Position numbers and translations under genes: made by a program. The notes under the pieces were generated by a model. The model had not been told where the DNA came from, did not search any database, and saw nothing but the letters and a program-made list of their open reading frames with translations. This document shows positions 63,793-64,000 of a DNA stretch of 64,000 nt, piece by piece (position 1 is the stretch's first letter; the number at the start of each line of letters is the position of its first letter). Source of the stretch: Ancylonema sp. (lineage: Eukaryota); contig JBFLGF010000137.1 of NCBI GenBank assembly GCA_050230475.1, forward strand, positions 1 through 64,000, given 5' to 3'.

Positions 63793-64000
63793 CTGGGGAA
63801 CCCACAGACCACTCCCGATTTGACACCTGTCCCTGGTCTCTATGAGTGGGCTTGTTTGTGTACAGTGGTATGATACGCCCCTGTACCGGGTATACATACG
63901 AATGCCAGACTACTTTGGGTGCTTGCTACGCTCAGTTACTACAACCACCCCATTTCCACTACTGTAAAACGAGTCTTAACAATTACTGTGCTAATTGATG

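Overview
Eukaryotic nuclear DNA with spliceosomal GT-AG introns, most consistent with a streptophyte, probably a charophyte-grade alga. This is inferred from plant-type ASHR2, group C Raf-like kinase, RLCK and ERdj2 genes together with G-rich coding and intron sequence. Host genes: a 730-aa acidic membrane-anchored orphan (-), a hand-assembled 4-exon secreted protein resembling TPD1 (+), SET/MYND methyltransferase ASHR2 (+), a group C Raf-like kinase ending in a CaaX box (+), an N-myristoylated RLCK-type pseudokinase (+), and the last two exons of SEC63/ERdj2 (-). Much of the rest is transposon-derived: five Ty1/copia elements or remnants (one nested inside another with near-identical LTRs), several hAT- and PIF/Harbinger-type MITEs with target-site duplications, and a Ty3/gypsy-type remnant. 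The most notable signal is a degenerate C5-cytosine DNA methyltransferase (motifs IV, VI, VIII, IX, X) lying upstream of a polypurine tract, LTR and gypsy gag, i.e. a retrotransposon-borne DNMT. All calls are by eye; no database searches were run.
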